This document shows positions 38,371 to 53,072 of a DNA stretch of 64,000 nucleotides, one piece after another. The stretch lies in NCBI RefSeq assembly GCF_001194135.2, contig NC_068981.1:126748352-126812351 (forward strand). Reading direction: 5' to 3'. Every line of letters starts with the position of its first letter. Within the stretch, counting starts at the first letter, position 1. The position numbers and the translations under genes are program-made. The DNA is from Octopus bimaculoides (lineage: Eukaryota). The notes below the pieces were generated by a model that was given only the letters and a program-made list of their open reading frames with translations, was not told the DNA's origin and ran no database searches.

Positions 38371-41300
38371 GAATTTCTGACTCTTATTAATGGGTATTTA
38401 AACCACAACGTAACCAAATTTTACGAAGGGACGTAACTAAATAATGAGAAATGTATTTAATCCAGCACTCTACTCTTTTGAGCTCTCAGCTATCCCAAAA
38501 TACGGAAATATAAAAGAAAAGCACGAATGATAATGGGCTAAGCAAACATCTATTCTAAACGGACTTACTTCAATATTCAAGTAAATCGTCAAAGCTCTTG
38601 GAAGATATACGAGGATGATTAAAGTATTTTTAATACCATTCCATACCTGTATTACACATTGGTCAGTCCTTGGACGTTTCACTGGAATATCGGTTTTTGT
38701 ATAAGATTTTTCTAGTCCCTCACTCTACCTCATTTGCGTTTCTAGGAAAAGAACACGGTATGCAGTCCATTACGAACCTTTCCACAACGCAACGTGTTCA
38801 GTTCCAAGATTAAGAAAGAGACGAGGAAAAGCAAAAATCGATTGCAGTATTTGTATATTATTTCATAAAGATGAAAGCAAAATTGACCTCGGCACGATTT
38901 GAGTTCAGAGCGCAGAGAACCGAAACAAATATTGCAAAATATTCTATCTGGCACTCAGAAAGTGACACTGATTTACCATCTTATATTCTAGAGGATAAGG
39001 CAAAATGCTTTATATTTTAGGGGAAGAGAAATCAGATCTGTGGCCGTCATGATTGTCTTTAAAAAGTAGTAACAAAACAATATAAGTGAATTTACTTTAA
39101 AGATCGAAGGTGAGAACTGCTTTGTGATCTCAGATTGTTGAAATGTAACTTGTAGTCTAGGTCATTTCTTTCTTCTGTAATAATCACAAGAATGAACGTT
39201 GTGTACATTTTTGACTGTGTAAAGTGTTATTTACATACATGCATACATACATACACACACATTTATATATATANNNNNNNNNNNNNNNNNNNNNNNNNNN
39301 NNNNNNNNNNNNNNNNNNNNNNNNNNNNNNNNNNNNNNNNNNNNNNNNNNNNNNNNNNNNNNNNNNNNNNNNNNNNNNNNNNNNNNNNNNNNNNNNNNNN
39401 NNNNNNNNNNNNNNNNNNNNNNNNNNNNNNNNNNNNNNNNNNNNNNNNNNNNNNNNNNNNNNNNNNNNNNNNNNNNNNNNNNNNNNNNNNNNNNNNNNNN
39501 NNNNNNNNNNNNNNNNNNNNNNNNNNNNNNNNNNNNNNNNNNNNNNNNNNNNNNNNNNNNNNNNNNNNNNNNNNNNNNNNNNNNNNNNNNNNNNNNNNNN
39601 NNNNNNNNNNNNNNNNNNNNNNNNNNNNNNNNNNNNNNNNNNNNNNNNNNNNNNNNNNNNNNNNNNNNNNNNNNNNNNNNNNNNNNNNNNNNNNNNNNNN
39701 NNNNNNNNNNNNNNNNNNNNNNNNNNNNNNNNNNNNNNNNNNNNNNNNNNNNNNNNNNNNNNNNNNNNNNNNNNNNNNNNNNNNNNNNNNNNNNNNNNNN
39801 NNNNNNNNNNNNNNNNNNNNNNNNNNNNNNNNNNNNNNNNNNNNNNNNNNNNNNNNNNNNNNNNNNNNNNNNNNNNNNNNNNNNNNNNNNNNNNNNNNNN
39901 NNNNNNNNNNNNNNNNNNNNNNNNNNNNNNNNNNNNNNNNNNNNNNNNNNNNNNNNNNNNNNNNNNNNNNNNNNNNNNNNNNNNNNNNNNNNNNNNNNNN
40001 NNNNNNNNNNNNNNNNNNNNNNNNNNNNNNNNNNNNNNNNNNNNNNNNNNNNNNNNNNNNNNNNNNNNNNNNNNNNNNNNNNNNNNNNNNNNNNNNNNNN
40101 NNNNNNNNNNNNNNNNNNNNNNNNNNNNNNNNNNNNNNNNNNNNNNNNNNNNNNNNNNNNNNNNNNNNNNNNNNNNNNNNNNNNNNNNNNNNNNNNNNNN
40201 NNNNNNTATATATATATAATCCCAGAGACATCGTTCTTCAGTATACAAAGCATTAATTCTATCAATAAGTGAATGGTTTGGTTTCAAACGATGAGTTCTA
40301 TAATTAAACCCGGTTGCAATTCAAGACTGTTTTACTGTTACTATACTCATAATAAAGTAATCCTCGTGATGGTACAATGGAAATAAAAGGATAATTGTAG
40401 TTCGAACGATGATTTGTAATTAAAGCATCAAAGTGGAACGACTGAAATATACTAAATTTTTCAAGTAATTTATCATTGAGTATTGTCCCTCTAGCACCAC
40501 TGACGGCGTTTTGAATTAAATATTGTAACACAATAGCTATAGTGTTCACATACACGTGTTGGCTATTATGCGTCATATGTGTCTATACCATTTGTGTAAA
40601 TGTTATTGCCTATGGTATCGCCTGTTAAACATGATCACCTGTAAATAGAACAAATCATACGCCTGGAATCTCACTCACTGAGCAAAAAGCAGTGTTTTGT
40701 TTCGAAGGGTTGAATTTGCCTTTCTTTCTTCCGTGATGAATAAAATGGCTATAAATTATTTAGAAATATCAATCTAATTATCGACATCCTATGTCATCAG
40801 TCTTGTGCCAGTAAGAAATCGAAATCATCCGCAAAAAGCAGTGTGTCTTTGCGAGCTCAAAATAAGCTCCAGAAGAAAGACAAATCCGTTGTTCAAGTTG
40901 AACTCCAAGATATAATTAATTAACTTCACTGGCACCACAAATGACTGAGAAAAATCACTTCCTGTTGAGTGGAGAGCCTTTATTTTTTATATATAGAAAC
41001 CAATATTTTTATTCGACATGAAATGAAGAAGTTCATGTCCTGGGAATGAAATGTTTTCTAAAGCTTAAAAAAATAGAAATTTGATCATTCTATTTTGTAT
41101 GATATTTGTAACGGCGAAAATTTGGAGTTTATTGGATTTGATGTGTGCGAACATTCTTGTGTAATTCTGGTAATGAGAACCAGCAACCATTTAAGAAATG
41201 TTAGAATGTTAATCAACTGGATTCCAAAATAACAAGTTCATGTTGAAACAAGAAAATATTCCGAAAAGAATTCCTTGTTTTTAATGCAAGATTTAAAATA

Positions 41301-41702
41301 GAACAGAAGAAACATCCCAAATTTACTGAAGAAATACAGTTAGTAATTTACTAACATCATATCTTAAAAATCAGAAAAAATATCCATTATAGAATTACAG
41401 CTGAAGTATGTGCATCAGTTCTGGTATTGATAAAGACTGAATTTTATAATATTTAAAACTAATCTTCCTAACAGTAACCCTTCTCCGTCATTAGAGCTTC
41501 TTTTAACCGATCTTCAGAGTAATCCAATAACTCATCAATTTCAATTCACTTCAGTTCACACATCAAGTTACTTCTCTCTTGATATCTCATTTATAATTAC
41601 TATCTAATAGACATGGCGGTAGGATCAATTCAATCATATTTGACTGTTTTTTATTCTTCAAGATATACTGACAGTGGCCCGTATACCTGTATACATTTAC
41701 CC

Positions 41703-41905
41703 TATATTTAAATACAACAAAGCGGTCGAGCAAAATGCTTAGCGGTATTTTGTCCGTCTTTACGAGATCTGAGTTAAATTTCCACAGAGGTCGACTTTGT
41801 CTTTCATCCTTTCAGGGTCGATAAAATAAGTATCAATTAAGCACTGGGGTCGATGTCATCCCCTCACCCGGAATTGCTGGCATTGTGTCAAAGTTTTGAA
41901 ATCAA
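41703..41905 (+). mobile_element. SINE-like repeat fragment (family B)
   Basis: gcaaaatgcttagcggtattttgtccgtctttacg...gaggtcgactttgtctttcatcctttcagggtcgataaaataagta...gcactggggtcgatgt. Confidence 0.75.
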
Positions 41906-42682
41906 TATTTAAACATGATAATTTACCCATTACGCAAACATAAATTGAAACGTTCTTATTCGCAAAAATGATTGAAACTGTTGACTAACGGTTCTTCACA
42001 TTATTTTCTTTCGTTGTTTACCTTAAGTAAAGATGGTGGATAAAACAAAACGTGAACGAAATGTAGCATTTAAAAAATGACTGGTATAAAAAAAATGATG
42101 AGATGATAAAACAGTTGAGAAAACATTAAAAGCTATGGTGAAAGCAGAGGCTGGTCATTTTGAATTGAAAATATATATGTAAAATATTATCAATAAATAT
42201 AACAGTCAACCGGTAAACTCGCATTAACCAAAACCTAAAACTTTTTATTTTATGATATAATGAATAATGGGCAAATATATATATGCTACACCCGGTAGTT
42301 GTTGACTGAGGCTTCTTTCTCGCTCGATCAACGTAAGTTCTAAATCAGAACTGGAAAAATTCTGTGAATTATTTTAGCTGACATTTTGCTGTGAAATTAT
42401 ATAATTGGAAGAGATAGATTTATAGAAAATAGTAATGAAGCGATTCATGGATATCATTGAGCTGGAATGATAAAATGATCAAATAACTTACAATAAATTT
42501 ATAATATCTTACACGAACGATTACTCAAAATATTGTGTTGATATTTAAGTTGAAATCTGTAAGGAGATAGATTCTCCAGGGTATTTAAAATAATTCTATA
42601 TAATCAATACTATAAATTCTTATTCGTAATGATAAGAGAGAAAAATATCCGTATGTTCAGCGGTAAGAGCAATTAACGGATC

Positions 42683-43270
42683 TTTTTTAAAACGGGGGCC
42701 ACATTTTTCATTAACGAAACACTTTGAAACTTGGAACACTGGTAGAATGTGTCATATAAAACATCTTTTTCTCTTAGTCTTCTTTAAAAAAAAAGAAATC
42801 CATAAATTATTCCATGTTAAAGTTGTCGTATTTCTGTAATTTCAACCAATCACTGACGTCCATTCAGCCGATATACATTAAGTGCCGACTACATAAACAA
42901 ACGATTCTGAAACAATTAACCCTAACCCTAACCCTAACTCTAACCCTAACCCTAACCCTAACCGTAGGGTTAGGGTTAGGGTTAAAGCAAATTTAAAATG
43001 AAAAAAGCAAATAAAACGAAGGTATGGAGATTAAATACGCTTTACATCGCTTAATCAGCCAAAGGAGTAAATCTAAACAACTGAATATTTGTCAGTGATT
43101 GGTTGAAATTATCGAAATAAGACAATTTTTTACATGAAATAAATTCGAATACAAAAATATTTTTCTGTTCTATAACACAAAATAGATAAGTATGCGAAGT
43201 TTGAAAGTCTTTCGGTACCAAAAACACTACGTAAAACATTAATGAAAAATGTGGCCCCCGTTTTAAAAAA
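42683..43270. mobile_element. Non-autonomous TIR element (about 590 bp) carrying telomeric repeats
   Basis: Perfect 32-bp TIRs (ttttttaaaacgggggccacatttttcattaa at 42683-42714 and its reverse complement at 43239-43270) and an inner IR ttcaaccaatcactgac/gtcagtgattggttgaa. Confidence 0.85.
42916..42985. repeat. Interstitial (TAACCC)~8 followed by (TAGGGT)3 telomeric-type repeat
   Basis: Direct reading; a perfect 20-bp stem (42941-42960 / 42965-42984) with an accg loop. Confidence 0.95.
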
Positions 43271-43888
43271 TATCTCAATTAATTAGTGTTCCACCTTAAC
43301 ATGGTATTTCTACTTTCTCATTTCTAGAAACATACTATAACTTGATTTTTTGTATCATCGTAATTATACTTGGAATATTGTGATAATCTAAAAATATTAT
43401 TATTATCAGGAACAATTCTAGTTCTTAAAATAGCTTATAGGTATTTGTTATCATTTACAGAACTAGGTAAATGTTAGCGGTTTAACAAATACAGTGATTT
43501 GAAGAGAACCATATGTTACATATTTTCTCTTCGTAGGTTGAACTAATGCGAGAACGTGTGTACATTTTCAGTTTAGTATTGTAAATATACGATAATTGAA
43601 AAACTCCATGGATATCAGTTACAATTTGTTAAAGTCAGACGTCCTGGAGCATATGAAATAGAAGAAATAACAACCGAGTGTGGAAAGGCGCCATTTTGTG
43701 AGGCAATGCATAATTTTTCTCAGCTCCTAAGTTAAGAATTTAAATTAATAACATATAGAAAGAGAGAGAGATCAGCGATAGCAACTAATACGTCTGCCTC
43801 TTTGCTGCCCTACTCAGACATACTCAAAGAGAACATGCAAACACACACACACATACACGCAAATATACATATATGTATATGTATGTAC

Positions 43889-43928
<40 letters not shown>

Positions 43929-44027
43929 GTACGTGTATGTATATATTGTCTGTATGCATGTACGTGTGCGCGCATGTGTGTGTATGTGTGTGTGTGTGTA
44001 GGTTTGCATTTATGTACGGTGATTCTA

Positions 44028-44270
<243 letters not shown>

Positions 44271-45075
44271 CGTGTGTGTGTGGTTATGCACCATGCGTCT
44301 CAAGATCAATAGCACAGTATTCGACTTTCTCATAAATCACCTACATTAAGCTGGATATAAAGATTGCTTTTTGGCATTAATACCACTTCTGTCGCTAACA
44401 ACTACTTGTAATAACCCTGCTATCTATTTACAACAACAGTGCCTGAAAGTCGCTGTAATTTTATATGGCGTTGGCGGAGAAATTTGGATGATATGCACCA
44501 AGTGGACGCAGTACGTGGAAACTAAACGATCAGGTAGTTTCGGCGCCCGTAACAGTTAATTTTTGTCTGCCAATGATATGTATATGTATGCTTTTATTCA
44601 CTATGTGCGCATATGAAAATTCCTCTCCAGGCGAATACCGTAGTATTTTTTTCTACTATGCATTCGTTTGTCTGAAGAGTAAGGGGAGAGCATATGTCGT
44701 TACTGGAACCCTTTACACAAAGAAGCCTCAAGATAATTGTATGATATGACTGAGGTTTAATGTTCAATTGACAGGAATAGTCAAAAGGTTTAGCATGATT
44801 TACAAGACCCAACATTGTGTATATAAATGAATAAATGCCTATAAACCAAATATACTACATAAACTTTCGTGATTTTATAGATAACATCTCAGAGAAATAT
44901 ATAAGATTTCTTAAGATATATATATCATTTAATTGCTACCATGGCAGGTTTCTCCATTACTCAGATATTCCCTACGTAATGTTTCCCCAATGTTTCATGA
45001 TGTCAGGCAGTTTGTAACTGTTGGTGATGTAATCAAGATGAAGATATATTTTCGACTAGGTATACGCATGTGTAA

Positions 45076-45122
<47 letters not shown>

Positions 45123-46639
45123 CATACATACATACATACANNNNNNNNNNNNNNNNNNNNNNNNNNNNNNNNNNNNNNNNNNNNNNNNNNNNNNNNNNNN
45201 NNNNNNNNNNNNNNNNNNNNNNNNNNNNNNNNNNNNNNNNNNNNNNNNNNNNNNNNNNNNNNNNNNNNNNNNNNNNNNNNNNNNNNNNNNNNNNNNNNNN
45301 NNNNNNNNNNNNNNNNNNNNNNNNNNNNNNNNNNNNNNNNNNNNNNNNNNNNNNNNNNNNNNNNNNNNNNNNNNNNNNNNNNNNNNNNNNNNNNNNNNNN
45401 NNNNNNNNNNNNNNNNNNNNNNNNNNNNNNNNNNNNNNNNNNNNNNNNNNNNNNNNNNNNNNNNNNNNNNNNNNNNNNNNNNNNNNNNNNNNNNNNNNNN
45501 NNNNNNNNNNNNNNNNNNNNNNNNNNNNNNNNNNNNNNNNNNNNNNNNNNNNNNNNNNNNNNNNNNNNNNNNNNNNNNNNNNNNNNNNNNNNNNNNNNNN
45601 NNNNNNNNNNNNNNNNNNNNNNNNNNNNNNNNNNNNNNNNNNNNNNNNNNNNNNNNNNNNNNNNNNNNNNNNNNNNNNNNNNNNNNNNNNNNNNNNNNNN
45701 NNNNNNNNNNNNNNNNNNNNNNNNNNNNNNNNNNNNNNNNNNNNNNNNNNNNNNNNNNNNNNNNNNNNNNNNNNNNNNNNNNNNNNNNNNNNNNNNNNNN
45801 NNNNNNNNNNNNNNNNNNNNNNNNNNNNNNNNNNNNNNNNNNNNNNNNNNNNNNNNNNNNNNNNNNNNNNNNNNNNNNNNNNNNNNNNNNNNNNNNNNNN
45901 NNNNNNNNNNNNNNNNNNNNNNNNNNNNNNNNNNNNNNNNNNNNNNNNNNNNNNNNNNNNNNNNNNNNNNNNNNNNNNNNNNNNNNNNNNNNNNNNNNNN
46001 NNNNNNNNNNNNNNNNNNNNNNNNNNNNNNNNNNNNNNNNNNNNNNNNNNNNNNNNNNNNNNNTATATATATATATATATATATATGCATACAAATACAT
46101 ATACATTTATGAGCCCAACTATTAAAAAATCCCTCAAAGATAGGGAGCATTTCAGAGGTGAGATGCATCGCATCTTACATGTTAACACCATATAAACCAA
46201 GGAAGAATAATAATTAAATGCAAAGATTAAATTATCGACCTACTTTATTTACAACTGTTACAGTTTTGATGAATACAATTAATAATTGCTTCATGTTATA
46301 CTCTATTATTAAATATGGAACAAAATTCACACATATTCTTATTTCTATGGTTGAAAGCTAAGATAAAATCCACATGTAAACAATTAGATCAATCTGGAGA
46401 AACTTGCAGAATCCTAGAGGCATCATTAATTTCTGTATACAACAGTGCAATGTAAGTTTGTGGCTCGTTGATATATCATATCCAAGGAAAAACTAAATTT
46501 TATGAATATATCAACTTCAAAGATACATCAGTGTCTGAAAGAGTAAAATAGGAATAACACATGGTGAATACAAAATGTAAAATACAGCAGTTAAATTTTA
46601 CTCTTCAACAATCTATTTTTAATTTTATTTCTTTCACAG

Positions 46640-46758
46640 ATGCTCTGGGACAATACCACCTCTTTTGGTTGTAGTATCCGTCAGTGTCCTACCCTTAATC
46701 TTGGAAACGGAAAAGTAATTAATGAGCCAACCTTCTTGGTGTGCCTCTATTGGCCAAG
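46640..46758 (+). CDS. Next coding exon of the same CAP-domain gene (39 aa + 2 nt)
   Basis: Acceptor tttctttcacag| and donor CCAAG|gtaagt. Phase 0 start joins the previous exon to give Q-MLWDNTTSFGCSIRQC...FLVCLYWPR, i.e. the CAP1 (Q-[LIVM]-[LIVM]-W...GC) and CAP2 (LVCxYxP) motifs in order. Confidence 0.88.
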
Positions 46759-49700
46759 GTAAGTTTGTCCCGATTTAACTTTGTTGTTTTGTACCGATGT
46801 ACTCTTAATTTAATTACTTCAACACAGTCGTTCTTGCTACATTCAAACACGTGTCAAGAGCCAGAGTTTCTATTCTTATTTGTAACCCAATAGAATATGT
46901 AACAACACTTATCCTTTTTTAAATATTTTATGATAGTTAAATCTATTAAATATTCAAACTTTTAACAACGTGACAGGTTATACGAAATTTGTTTATCTAT
47001 TCAAGGAGAAAAAAGAAACCCATTTAGGAATGAACTCCCAACCAATTACAATTTATGCCATAATAAATATAAGTTGTTCCTCTATATACTTAATTTGAAT
47101 ATGTGCTATTAACAAGATCTAAAGTAATCAATAAAACATTTTTATCGTGTTTTCTTTATGAATATTTAGTATGGAAAATACAATTATGAAAGTAAGGCAG
47201 TAAGCATTTGGAAAAGAAAGTAAAATATACTAAATTAAGAGATTATATTAAAGTCTACATTTTCTTCTAGGTATTTGATACATTTTACATTTTAGTCCAA
47301 ATATTTTTCTATTTAGTGAAATGAGAATTAATGAAAAATATTTTCAGTTGTGTAACTATAAGTTTTAGTTGTTTGGAAATGAGAGTAGCAATTAAGTGTA
47401 TTTTTTACTGAAATTTAATGTTTCATCTGGAGTCCCCTGGATAGAAATATCTCTATTTCCTCTCTTTAATATAAATAAACTATCTCCCATCAAAGCGAAT
47501 AAAGACGGAAAATTAACTTAACCTAGCCTTCCTCACTTCAAATTATGCAATTAGTTTCTTGGAAGAAAATTCTTTCAACAATTCAGAACAGGTTGCGGGA
47601 ACAGAAAATTATACAGCCACGTGATAAAAAAACACTCTTTGTACATCGGAATATGCACATTTGTAAATTCTTGAAGACAATATTTCATCTTGTTAGCAAA
47701 GAAACAAAATAATTTTATCTTTATTCTGCATAAACTTACTTCCTTACTAATAAGCAAAAAGTAAATAAAGTAAACGAAGTTTTACAGTCCTTTTGCCTGA
47801 ATCATTTCACTAATTTGAAAGGAAGTAGTACACATACGACATCAGCATGAGATTGTTGTTTTAATAGAAATTAAGAAGATAACTTAAAAGGTTCAAGCAT
47901 CCAACATGGGTGGTATCTCTCATGCTTCAGCTTGCATTCCTAGAGACATTTCCTTCCTTATTTGAATTCCCATCTATCTCTATCAACCAGCAGCATCCTT
48001 TGTACAGTGGGACTATTCTGTATTGAAGCTATTCAAATAAATCTAATAAAAAAAAGTATATTAAAATGATTTTCTACGAGTCTTTGTTTCAAAGTTTAAT
48101 AGAAATCTAAATATATCATACAAACCCTTGATAAATGTTATTTCTAAGTATGAAGAACAAAAAGCTCAAAAGAATACGATGGTGAAACATCTTTTGTTCA
48201 TTCGTGCTTTATGTCCTAATTTTGGATCTTTTTATATTATTTTTTTCTTATTTTTGTCCGATAACTTAGTTCAAATGTAAGGATGGAACTTAATGTAAAT
48301 AATATATAAGAATTTGTTTCAAGAACACGGTATATGTTTGTGTGTATGTGTATGCGTAATGAATATAAATTGGGATTAGAAATCTAACAGTCAACAGGTT
48401 TTCTTAACATGCACTTTTCTTTAAATAATCCTAGCTTAAAAACTACAAACATTTCGTTTTCTTTCTCATGTCTCATTTGTCTACTTTTTCCTTTTGGCAA
48501 ACATTTTTTTACCTTTTCATCTCTATCTTTTTTCTGTTTTCTGTTTCGGTTTCATTCCTGTATTATCGAGCATACTAACAAAGCAACAGTATTTGAAACA
48601 TTGCTTGGTTTCTTGAATTCATTTATTTGATGCCTAAACTTTATCGTCACATTGGATTTTCCATGAATCCCGTTCTTCGAGTGTAATGTTCTTTAGTATC
48701 CTGAAGGATGTTGAAGGGTGCCAAGAATAAATTTTCTTTAGAATAAACGAATATATATATATATATATATATTCATATTATATATATAATATATATATAT
48801 ACATACAGAGTTTTGTGAGGGCTGGTTCTGGGGCGTAATGTTTGAGTTTACCGGCAAAGAAAGTGGACGCTTTCTCCATGGGAGTACTTAACATTTTAGT
48901 ATATCTTTTTCTTTTTACAAAGCAAATGTTTTTATATTTTGAGAAATATATCATAAGGTTCACGCCTTTTCTCAGCTTGCCCGGGGTTGATCTCTTCACC
49001 TAAAATACTCGCCATCTTAAGTTTCCCGAAAATATTACTTGCTTACAATAATTTAGCCTTTTTTTTCTTTTTTTTCGAAAATACCTCCTTTATTTGCATC
49101 TGTTGTTAAAATATTTATTCAGTCTGTCAGCTCTCAGAACCAAGCAGACATTTTGCCTCAAGTTACGGCTTCAAACTTGGTGCTATGAAATCAACTCAAT
49201 TACTTTCCCAGCAATTCATACTGCAGCTAAATGTCTAAAAACAGCTGCATATTAAAGGCAATATATTTTCGATAGCCTGTTTTAAAACAACAAAGAAGTT
49301 TTCCTTTTAGCATGTAAAAATTATTTTAAAAGCTGGCCAATACCGAAATAGATAAAATACATAAAATAAATAGAAAAGGTACATTTCATCTTTAAACGAA
49401 AATACATTGTACAAAATTATTTTTCTATAAAGTCATGAAAACTATTCAGCATATAAAACATTTTATAATCTTCTGAATTAGAAATTGGAATCTTCAAGAG
49501 ACAAAATTAATTTTAACAATTATCCTGGAGAGCACTGCGTGTCTAATTAAAATTTCTGTATTCAGTTTTATATAACATCAGCTCCATTTCAGAAAGTCAG
49601 TCTATGTTTGTACCTATAAACAAACTTCTGTATATCTTTATTTAACTTATTAGACTGCAGCTATGCAGGGACACAACTTTCAAGAGTTTAATCGAAAAAA

Positions 49701-49847
49701 TCGACCCACCATCCGCAGCACTCGCCTAATACTGTCTGAGTGTACAAATAAGTTCGTCATAGCAAGGTGCCTCAATTTAAGTACCTAATTCAACTGAATC
49801 TAAATTACATTATAGATAGATAGATAGATAGACAGATAGAGATGTAT

Positions 49848-50253
49848 TCTTTTATTTTTTATACCTTTACTTGCTTCAGTCATTTGACTGCGGCCATGCT
49901 TGAGCACAGCCTTTAGTAGAGCAAATCAACCTCAGGACTTATTCTTTGTAAGCCTAGTACTTATTCTATCTGTCTGTTGTGCCGAACCGCTAAGTTACAG
50001 GGACTTAAACATACCAGCATCGGTTGTTAAGCAATGTTAGGGAGGGGGAAAAACAGACATACAAACGTATACACACATACATATATATATGACGGGCCTC
50101 CTTCAGCTTCCGTCTACCAAATCCACTCACAAGACCCTGGTCGGCCCGAAGCTATAGTGAAAGACACTTGTCCAAGGTGCTACGCAGTGGAACTGAACCC
50201 GGAACCATGTCGTTGGTAAGCAAGCCACTTACCCCACAGCCACTCCTGCGCCT
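49848..50253 (-). mobile_element. Full-length tRNA-head SINE (family A)
   Basis: Reverse complement collinear with 34533-34945 from taggcgcaggagtggctgtg to the A-rich tail. Confidence 0.85.
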
Positions 50254-50342
50254 ACATACATACACACATGCATACATACATACATACATACATACATACA
50301 TACATGCATGCATACATACATACATACCTATATACATACATA

Positions 50343-50559
50343 CGAGGTGGGGCTAAAAAGTTCCTAGCTTTGGGTAATAAAAAATACAGGACGATCAGTT
50401 AATTATGATTTTATTCAACATATTCCTCTCTCAGATTCACACATTTATTGCAGCGGTCCTTCAGTTTTTCTAAGGCTTGTAAAAGAACTCGGAAGGTTGA
50501 TCCTCCAACCAGGCCTTTCGCGACACCCTTAAAGCTAGGAACTTTTCAGCACCCCCTCG
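50343..50559. mobile_element. mariner-type MITE (217 bp); truncated relative at about 56291-56480
   Basis: TA|cgaggtggggctaaaaagttcctagcttt ... aaagctaggaacttttcagcaccccctcg|TG. The internal sequence (attttattc.acatattcctctc.cagattcacaca.ttattgcag.ggtccttcagtttt) recurs at about 56355-56420. Confidence 0.8.
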
Positions 50560-50599
50560 TGTATGTGTGTGCCCAGCTGACCCTACTATACTGTGTAGT

Positions 50600-50678
50600 C
50601 GACGAAATCAAGAACAAACAATGCTCATGCGCGAAATGAAAAAAACTACTTGATAGTTTATTCACTGCACCCTGTATA
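50600..50678. mobile_element. Probable Tc1/mariner terminus next to a gap
   Basis: Ends ...gtttattcactgcaccctg|TA, i.e. TA|CAGGGTG on the minus strand. No partner end is visible. Confidence 0.4.
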
Positions 50679-51915
50679 NNNNNNNNNNNNNNNNNNNNNN
50701 NNNNNNNNNNNNNNNNNNNNNNNNNNNNNNNNNNNNNNNNNNNNNNNNNNNNNNNNNNNNNNNNNNNNNNNNNNNNNNNNNNNNNNNNNNNNNNNNNNNN
50801 NNNNNNNNNNNNNNNNNNNNNNNNNNNNNNNNNNNNNNNNNNNNNNNNNNNNNNNNNNNNNNNNNNNNNNNNNNNNNNNNNNNNNNNNNNNNNNNNNNNN
50901 NNNNNNNNNNNNNNNNNNNNNNNNNNNNNNNNNNNNNNNNNNNNNNNNNNNNNNNNNNNNNNNNNNNNNNNNNNNNNNNNNNNNNNNNNNNNNNNNNNNN
51001 NNNNNNNNNNNNNNNNNNNNNNNNNNNNNNNNNNNNNNNNNNNNNNNNNNNNNNNNNNNNNNNNNNNNNNNNNNNNNNNNNNNNNNNNNNNNNNNNNNNN
51101 NNNNNNNNNNNNNNNNNNNNNNNNNNNNNNNNNNNNNNNNNNNNNNNNNNNNNNNNNNNNNNNNNNNNNNNNNNNNNNNNNNNNNNNNNNNNNNNNNNNN
51201 NNNNNNNNNNNNNNNNNNNNNNNNNNNNNNNNNNNNNNNNNNNNNNNNNNNNNNNNNNNNNNNNNNNNNNNNNNNNNNNNNNNNNNNNNNNNNNNNNNNN
51301 NNNNNNNNNNNNNNNNNNNNNNNNNNNNNNNNNNNNNNNNNNNNNNNNNNNNNNNNNNNNNNNNNNNNNNNNNNNNNNNNNNNNNNNNNNNNNNNNNNNN
51401 NNNNNNNNNNNNNNNNNNNNNNNNTGTGTGTGTGTGTGTGTGTGTGTGTATCAAATATTTGCATTGCTACTACCTGCTTCCTTCTACGAAGCCCTCACAA
51501 GACAGACACAAAAGAGGAAAATGTCCCTTATGGAAATACTTTTTTAAAATATTTCATGTAATTTTCTACAATTTAATTGCGTTTCTTGCTTTCCTCTACG
51601 TTGAAAAAGTCGCAAAGACTGAACCAGTATAAAAATGTTCTTCATGATCAAATTATTCTAGCATTTTCTATCTTATTTTCCTTATACATAACAATTCGTG
51701 TGTTCTTTTTCAACTTTGTACATACACACACGCATACGTGTGTGTTTGTGTGTGTGTGTGTGTGTGTGCATTTATATTATTTATTATTACTTAATTGAAC
51801 CCGGTGCATCCATCTCTAAGTAAGTTTATCGTCACCTTTTTGATGCGACTCTCTATACTGTTTTCTTCCTCCATCCTTCTCTAACTTCCTTTTTCTCTCC
51901 CTACCTTCTTCACTG

Positions 51916-51950
<35 letters not shown>

Positions 51951-51972
51951 TTTCTCTTTCTCTCTCTCTCTT

Positions 51973-52019
<47 letters not shown>

Positions 52020-52469
52020 NNNNNNNNNNNNNNNNNNNNNNNNNNNNNNNNNNNNNNNNNNNNNNNNNNNNNNNNNNNNNNNNNNNNNNNNNNNNNNNNN
52101 NNNNNNNNNNNNNNNNNNNNNNNNNNNNNNNNNNNNNNNNNNNNNNNNNNNNNNNNNNNNNNNNNNNNNNNNNNNNNNNNNNNNNNNNNNNNNNNNNNNN
52201 NNNNNNNNNNNNNNNNNNNNNNNNNNNNNNNNNNNNNNNNNNNNNNNNNNNNNNNNNNNNNNNNNNNNNNNNNNNNNNNNNNNNNNNNNNNNNNNNNNNN
52301 NNNNNNNNNNNNNNNNNNNNNNNNNNNNNNNNNNNNNNNTATTCCCCTTTCGTTCTGGTCCAACGACCCTTCATGTTTGTTTTCGTTCGGTTTCTTTGTA
52401 TGTTTTCACTGTCGTGTTTTTGTTCCTAACTCTGACCCTCCACAAATCCTAAATTTTATTTTAGAATAT

Positions 52470-52680
52470 ATGGGAGCAACTGTCTTTGAAGACTCATATT
52501 ATCTTTGAATGCTCGAAATGAGGAGTATAGAGACAGCCGATAACTGATGAAGGGTCCTTTCTCTTTGTTTATTTATCCTGTTTTCCCATTTTCTTTTCTC
52601 GTTGTATGTATTTAACTCGTTTGTTTACGTATTTCATGTTATTTGCACCGTTGATGACGTCCTGCACCCATATATCCATG
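52470..52680 (+). repeat. Interspersed repeat with a diverged second copy at about 55020-55230
   Basis: Shared gggagcaactgt.tt...aatgctcgaaat...gta.aga...agcc.a.aactga.gaagggtc.ttct...tgatg.tcctg..cc.ca.atat. Confidence 0.6.
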
Positions 52681-52702
52681 TACATATATATATATATATG
52701 TA

Positions 52703-52739
<37 letters not shown>

Positions 52740-53021
52740 CTTCGTTTTGACACGTCTCATATACATTGATTTTATGTTCAGTAGAAAAAAAGGAAAGGAA
52801 ACTGTTTTATCCTGCAAGCCTAAAAGTAATTAGGGAGTCTTGAAGTGGAATTAACAGAATTTATTTCTCAGGAATGTGGTAGAAACAAATGCAAAAAATG
52901 TTATGTCGGTGACTTGTCATCATTAGTACAGTACATATCTGGGTGTCTGTGTACTCATGTACATATGAGGATAAGGGTACATACCTAAAGACACATGAAA
53001 AATAAAATATATTTATATCTA

Positions 53022-53072
<51 letters not shown>

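Noticed and set aside
42916-42985. Chromosome-fusion scar interpretation of the inverted telomeric repeats
   Set aside because: The orientation (CCCTAA then TTAGGG) is the wrong one, and the tract is inside a TIR element.
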